A DNA stretch of 64,000 nt from Nemertoderma westbladi (taxonomy: Eukaryota > Animalia > Xenacoelomorpha), in NCBI GenBank assembly GCA_032718475.1, contig JAUCBJ010009115.1, forward strand, positions 41,087-105,086, in the 5' to 3' direction. Positions within the stretch are counted from its first letter, which is position 1. Each line of letters opens with the position of its first letter. Positions 56,201-64,000 of this stretch are shown here, piece after piece. The notes below the pieces were generated by a model that had not been told where the DNA came from, ran no database searches, and saw nothing but the letters and a program-made list of their open reading frames with translations. The position numbers and the translations under genes were made by a program.

Positions 56201-59200
56201 AACAGATACAATACAGGCAGACCCTGATGTAAGTATACAAGAAATAACAGATACAATTCCAGCAGACCTTGATGTAAGTATACAAGAAATAACAGATACA
56301 ATACCGGCATAACCTGATGTAAGTATACAAGAAATAACGGATACAATACCGGCAGACCCTGATGTAAGTATACAAGAAATAACAGATACAATACCGGCAG
56401 ACCCTGATGTAAGTATACAAGAAATAACAGATAAAATAACAGCAGACCCTGATGTAAGTATACAAGAAATAACAGATACAATACCGGCAGACCCTGATGT
56501 AAGTATACAAGAAATAACAGATACAATACCGGCAGACCCTGATGTAAGTATACAAGAAATAACGGATACAATAACAGCAGACCCTGATGTAAGTATACAA
56601 GAAATAACAGATACAATACCGGCAGACCCTGATGTAAGTATACAAGAAATAACAGATACAATACCAGCAGACCCTGATGTAAGTATACAAGAAATAACAG
56701 ATACAATACCAGCAGACCCTGATGTAAGTATACAAGGAATAACAGATACAATACCGGCAGACCCTGATGTAAGTATACAAGAAATAACAGATACAATACC
56801 AGCAGACCCTGATGTAAGTATACAAGAAATAACAGATACAATACCGGCAGACCCTGATGTAAGTATACAAGGAATAACAGATACAATAACAGCAGACCCT
56901 GATGTAAGTATACAAGAAATAACAGATACAATAACAGCAGACCCTGATGTAAGTATACAAGAAATAACAGATACAATACCGGCAGACCCTGATGTAAGTA
57001 TACAAGAAATAACAGATACAATACCAGCAGACCCTGATGTAAGTATACAAGGAATAACAGATACAATACCGGCAGACCCTGATGTAAGTATACAAGAAAT
57101 AACAGATACAATACCAGCAGACCCTGATGTAAGTATACAAGAAATAACAGATACAATACCGGCAGACCCTGATGTAAGTATACAAGGAATAACAGATACA
57201 ATAACAGCAGACCCTGATGTAAGTATACAAGGAATAACAGATACAATACCGGCAGACCCTGATGTAAGTATACAAGAAATAACAGATACAATACCAGCAG
57301 ACCCTGATGTAAGTATACAAGAAATAACAGATACAATACCGGCAGACCCTGATGTAAGTATACAAGGAATAACAGATACAATAACAGCAGACCCTGATGT
57401 AAGTATACAAGAAATAACAGATACAATACCGGCAGACCCTGATGTAAGTATACAAGAAATAACAGATACAATACCAGCAGACCCTGATGTAAGTATACAA
57501 GAAATAACAGATACAATACCGGCAGACCCTGATGTAAGTATACAAGAAATAACAGATACAATAACAGCAGACCCTGATGTAAGTATACAAGAAATAACAG
57601 ATACAATACCGGCAGACCCTGATGTAAGTATACAAGAAATAACAGATACAATACCAGCAGACCCTGATGTAAGTATACAAGAAATAACAGATACAATAAC
57701 AGCAGACCCTGATGTAAGTATACAAGGAATAACAGATACAATAACAGCAGACCCTGATGTAAGTATACAAGAAATAACAGATACAATACCAGCAGACCCT
57801 GATGTAAGTATACAAGAAATAACAGATACAATACCGGCAGACCCTGATGTAAGTATACAAGAAATAACAGATACAATACCGGCAGACCCTGATGTAAGTA
57901 TACAAGAAATAACAGATACAATACCGGCAGACCCTGATGTAAGTATACAAGAAATAACAGATACAATACCAGCAGACCCTGATGTAAGTATACAAGAAAT
58001 AACAGATACAATACCAGCAGACCCTGATGTAAGTATACAAGAAATAACAGATACAATACCGGCAGACCCTGATGTAAGTATACAAGAAATAACAGATACA
58101 ATACCGGCAGACCCTGATGTAAGTATACAAGGAATAACAGATACAATAACAGCAGACCCTGATGTAAGTATACAAGAAATAACAGATACAATACCGGCAG
58201 ACCCTGATGTAAGTATACAAGAAATAACAGATACAATACCGGCAGACCCTGATGTAAGTATACAAGGAATAACAGATACAATACCAGCAGACCCTGATGT
58301 AAGTATACAAGAAATAACAGATACAATACCGGCAGACCCTGATGTAAGTATACAAGAAATAACAGATACAATACCGGCAGACCCTGATGTAAGTATACAA
58401 GAAATAACAGATACAATACCGGCAGACCCTGATGTAAGTATACAAGAAATAACAGATACAATACCGGCAGACCCTGATGTAAGTATACAAGAAATAACAG
58501 ATACAATAACAGCAGACCCTGATGTAAGTATACAAGGAATAACAGATACAATACCAGCAGACCCTGATGTAAGTATACAAGAAATAACAGATACAATACC
58601 AGCAGACCCTGATGTAAGTATACAAGAAATAACAGATACAATACCGGCAGACCCTGATGTAAGTATACAAGAAATAACAGATACAATACCGGCAGACCCT
58701 GATGTAAGTATACAAGAAATAACAGATACAATACCGGCAGACCCTGATGTAAGTATACAAGGAATAACAGATACAATAACAGCAGACCCTGATGTAAGTA
58801 TACAAGGAATAACAGATACAATAACAGCAGACCCTGATGTAAGTATACAAGAAATAACAGATACAATACCAGCAGACCCTGATGTAAGTATACAAGAAAT
58901 AACAGATACAATACAGCAGACCCTGATGTAAGTATACAAGAAATAACAGATACAATACCGGCAGACCCTGATGTAAGTATACAAGAAATAACAGATACAA
59001 TAACAGCAGACCCTGATGTAAGTATACAAGAAATAACAGATACAATACCAGCAGACCCTGATGTAAGTATACAAGAAATAACAGATACAATAACAGCAGA
59101 CCCTGATGTAAGTATACAAGGAATAACAGATACAATACCAGCAGACCCTGATGTAAGTATACAAGAAATAACAGATACAATAACAGCAGACCCTGATGTA

Positions 59201-62200
59201 AGTATACAAGAAATAACAGATACAATACCAGCAGACCCTGATGTAAGTATACAAGGAATAACAGATACAATACCGGCAGACCCTGATGTAAGTATACAAG
59301 AAATAACAGATACAATACCAGCAGACCCTGATGTAAGTATACAAGAAATAACAGATACAATACCGGCAGACCCTGATGTAAGTATACAAGGAATAACAGA
59401 TACAATAACAGCAGACCCTGATGTAAGTATACAAGAAATAACAGATACAATAACAGCAGACCCTGATGTAAGTATACAAGAAATAACAGATACAATACCG
59501 GCAGACCCTGATGTAAGTATACAAGAAATAACAGATACAATACCAGCAGACCCTGATGTAAGTATACAAGGAATAACAGATACAATACCGGCAGACCCTG
59601 ATGTAAGTATACAAGAAATAACAGATACAATACCAGCAGACCCTGATGTAAGTATACAAGAAATAACAGATACAATACCGGCAGACCCTGATGTAAGTAT
59701 ACAAGGAATAACAGATACAATAACAGCAGACCCTGATGTAAGTATACAAGGAATAACAGATACAATACCGGCAGACCCTGATGTAAGTATACAAGAAATA
59801 ACAGATACAATACCAGCAGACCCTGATGTAAGTATACAAGAAATAACAGATACAATACCGGCAGACCCTGATGTAAGTATACAAGGAATAACAGATACAA
59901 TAACAGCAGACCCTGATGTAAGTATACAAGGAATAACAGATACAATACCGGCAGACCCTGATGTAAGTATACAAGAAATAACAGATACAATACCAGCAGA
60001 CCCTGATGTAAGTATACAAGAAATAACAGATACAATACCGGCAGACCCTGATGTAAGTATACAAGGAATAACAGATACAATAACAGCAGACCCTGATGTA
60101 AGTATACAAGAAATAACAGATACAATACCGGCAGACCCTGATGTAAGTATACAAGAAATAACAGATACAATACCAGCAGACCCTGATGTAAGTATACAAG
60201 AAATAACAGATACAATAACAGCAGACCCTGATGTAAGTATACAAGGAATAACAGATACAATAACAGCAGACCCTGATGTAAGTATACAAGAAATAACAGA
60301 TACAATACCAGCAGACCCTGATGTAAGTATACAAGAAATAACAGATACAATACCGGCAGACCCTGATGTAAGTATACAAGAAATAACAGATACAATACCA
60401 GCAGACCCTGATGTAAGTATACAAGAAATAACAGATACAATAACAGCAGACCCTGATGTAAGTATACAAGAAATAACAGATACAATACCAGCAGACCCTG
60501 ATGTAAGTATACAAGAAATAACAGATACAATACCGGCAGACCCTGATGTAAGTATACAAGAAATAACAGATACAATAACAGCAGACCCTGATGTAAGTAT
60601 ACAAGAAATAACAGATACAATAACAGCAGACCCTGATGTAAGTATACAAGAAATAACAGATACAATACCAGCAGACCCTGATGTAAGTATACAAGAAATA
60701 ACAGATACAATACCAGCAGACCCTGATGTAAGTATACAAGAAATAACAGATACAATACCAGCAGACCCTGATGTAAGTATACAAGAAATAACAGATACAA
60801 TACCGGCAGACCCTGATGTAAGTATACAAGAAATAACAGATACAATACCGGCAGACCCTGATGTAAGTATACAAGAAATAACAGATACAATAACAGCAGA
60901 CCCTGATGTAAGTATACAAGAAATAACAGATACAATACCGGCAGACCCTGATGTAAGTATACAAGAAATAACAGATACAATACCGGCATAACCTGATGTA
61001 AGTATACAAGAAATAACAGATACAATACCGGCATAACCTGATGTAAGTATACAAGAAATAACGGATACAATACCGGCAGACCCTGATGTAAGTATACAAG
61101 AAATAACAGATACAATACCGGCAGACCCTGATGTAAGTATACAAGAAATAACAGATACAATACCGGCATAACCTGATGTAAGTATACAAGAAATAACGGA
61201 TACAATACCGGCAGACCCTGATGTAAGTATACAAGAAATAACAGATACAATACCGGCAGACCCTGATGTAAGTATACAAGAAATAACGGATACAATAACA
61301 GCAGACCCTGATGTAAGTATACAAGAAATAACAGATACAATACCGGCAGACCCTGATGTAAGTATACAAGAAATAACAGATACAATACCGGCAGACCCTG
61401 ATGTAAGTATACAAGAAATAACAGATACAATAACAGCAGACCCTGATGTAAGTATACAAGAATTAACAGATACAATACCGGCAGAACCTGATGTAAGTAT
61501 ACAAGAAATAACAGATACAATACCAGCAGACCCTGATGTAAGTATACAAGAAATAACAGATACAATAACAGCAGACCCTGATGTAAGTATACAAGAAATA
61601 ACGGATACAATACCGGCAGACCCTGATGTAAGTATACAAGAAATAACAGATACAATAACAGCAGACCCTGATGTAAGTATACAAGAAATAACAGATACAA
61701 TAACAGCAGACCCTGATGTAAGTATACAAGAATTAACAGATACAATACCGGCAGACCCTGATGTAAGTATACAAGAAATAACAGATACAATAACAGCAGA
61801 CCCTGATGTAAGTATACAAGAAATAACAGATACAATACCAGCAGACCCTGATGTAAGTATACAAGAATTAACAGATACAATACCGGCAGACCCTGATGTA
61901 AGTATACAAGAAATAACAGATACAATAACAGCAGACCCTGATGTAAGTATATAAGAAATAACAGATACAATACCAGCAGACCCTGATGTAAGTATACAAG
62001 AAATAAAAGATACAATACCAGCAGACCCTGATGTAAGTATACAAGAAATAACAGATACAATTCCAGCAGACCTTGATGTAAGTATACAAGAAATAACAGA
62101 TACAATACCGGCATAACCTGATGTAAGTATACAAGAAATAACGGATACAATACCGGCAGACCCTGATGTAAGTATACAAGAAATAACAGATACAATACCG

Positions 62201-64000
62201 GCAGACCCTGATGTAAGTATACAAGAAATAACAGATAAAATAACAGCAGACCCTGATGTAAGTATACAAGAAATAACAGATACAATTCCAGCAGACCTTG
62301 ATGTAAGTATACAAGAAATAACAGATACAATACCGGCAGACCCTGATGTAAGTATACAAGAAATAACAGATATAATAACAGCAGACCCTGATGTAAGTAT
62401 ACAAGAAATAAAAGATACAATTCCAGCAGACCCTGATGTAAGTATACAAGAAATAACAGATACAATACCGGCAGACCCTGATGTAAGTATACAAGAAATA
62501 ACAGATACAATACCAGCAGACCCTGATGTAAGTATACAAGAAATAACAGATACAATACCAGCAGACGCTGATGTAAGTATACAAGAAATAACAGATACAA
62601 TACCGGCAGACCCTGATGTAAGTATACAAGAAATAACAGATACAATAACAGCAGACCCTGATGTAAGTATACAAGAAATAACAGATACAATAACAGCAGA
62701 CCCTGATGTAAGTATACAAGAAATAACAGATACAATAACAGCAGACCCTGATGTAAGTATACAAGAAATAACAGATACAATACCAGCAGACCCTGATGTA
62801 AGTATACAAGAAATAACAGATACAATAACAGCAGACCCTGATGTAAGTATACAAGAAATAACAGATACAATAACAGCAGACCCTGATGTAAGTATACAAG
62901 AAATAACAGATACAATACCAGCAGACCCTGATGTAAGTATACAAGAAATAACAGATACAATACCGGCAGACCCTGATGTAAGTATACAAGAAATAACAGA
63001 TACAATAACAGCAGACCCTGATGTAAGTATACAAGAAATAACAGATACAATAACAGCAGACCCTGATGTAAGTATACAAGAAATAACAGATACAATAACA
63101 GCAGACCCTGATGTAAGTATACAATAAATAACAGATACAATACCGGCAGACCCTGATGTAAGTATACAAGAAATAACAGATACAATAACAGCAGACCCTG
63201 ATGTAAGTATACAAGAAATAACAGATACAATACCAGCAGACCCTGATGTAAGTATACAAGAATTAACAGATACAATACCGGCAGACCCTGATGTAAGTAT
63301 ACAAGAAATAACAGATACAATAACAGCAGACCCTGATGTAAGTATACAAGAAATAACAGATACAATACCAGCAGACCCTGATGTAAGTATACAAGAAATA
63401 ACAGATACAATACCAGCAGACCCTGATGTAAGTATACAAGAAATAACAGATACAATTCCAGCAGACCCTGATGTAAGTATACAAGAAATAACAGATACAA
63501 TACCAGCAGACCCTGATGTAAGTATACAAGAAATAACGGATACAATACCGGCAGACCCTGATGTAAGTATACAAGAAATAACAGATACAATACCGGCAGA
63601 CCCTGATGTAAGTATACAAGAAATAACAGATACAATAACAGCAGACCCTGATGTAAGTATACAAGAAATAACAGATACAATTCCAGCAGACCCTGATGTA
63701 AGTATACAAGAAATAACAGATACAATACCGGCAGACCCTGATGTAAGTATACAAGAAATAACAGATACAATAACAGCAGACCCTGATGTAAGTATACAAG
63801 AAATAACAGATACAATTCCAGCAGACCCTGATGTAAGTATACAAGAAATAACAGATACAATACCGGCAGACCCTGATGTAAGTATACAAGAAATAACAGA
63901 TACAATACCAGCAGACCCTGATGTAAGTATACAAGAAATAACAGATACAATACCAGCAGACCCTGATGTAAGTATACAAGAAATAACAGATACAATACCG
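20183..64000 (+). repeat. 45-bp satellite, ~970 units visible, consensus ATACAAGAAATAACAGATACAATAMCRGCAGACCCTGAT|GTAAGT (last 39 nt of exon F + first 6 intron nt)
   Basis: The 45-nt period is directly visible. The first unit begins inside the exon at 20183, and the array runs past the window end and across an N gap. Confidence 0.99.
41134..41233. other. Assembly gap (100 N) inside the 45-bp array
   Basis: A run of exactly 100 N, the usual placeholder for a gap of unknown size. Confidence 0.97.

Noticed and set aside
20118-63995. Giant minus-strand ORFs (up to 8934 aa; LLFLVYLHQG, SVISCILTSG and CICYFLYTYIRV repeats)
   Set aside because: The 45-bp unit has no stop in the three reverse frames, so long ORFs arise automatically. 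They switch frames at indels, cross an N gap and have no unique domain.
1012-64000. CRISPR array interpretation of the 30/45/63-bp repeats
   Set aside because: Units are head-to-tail with no unique spacers, there are no cas genes and the context is a spliceosomal gene.

Overview
Animal (most likely invertebrate) genomic DNA. It holds the middle of one spliced + strand gene, with six phase-consistent coding exons at 910-1015, 9331-9435, 9561-9836, 9946-10065, 17459-17618 and 19998-20221. The joined translation resembles the N-terminal coiled coil of the JAKMIP/Marlin-1/NECC family. About 89% of the window is intronic tandem repeat: a 30-bp array (1012-9256), a 63-bp array (12192-17178) and a 45-bp array (20183 to the window end, interrupted by a 100-N gap). 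The main observation is that two of the three arrays are amplified copies of the gene's own exon/intron junction. The 45-bp unit is the last 39 coding nt of the exon plus GTAAGT. This gives roughly 970 tandem copies of the 5' splice site, of which the first ~190 are in frame and stop-free. The 30-bp unit is the last 4 exon nt plus 26 intron nt (~275 donor copies, with an in-frame stop in the first unit). The 63-bp array appears to lie inside an antisense tRNA-derived SINE-like insertion. Helitron-like non-autonomous elements and many TACWGTA footprint-like motifs fill the remaining introns. The giant ORFs in the supplied track are mostly by-products of repeat units whose lengths are multiples of 3. 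No database search or computation was run, so family assignments are from recall and unit counts are length/period estimates.
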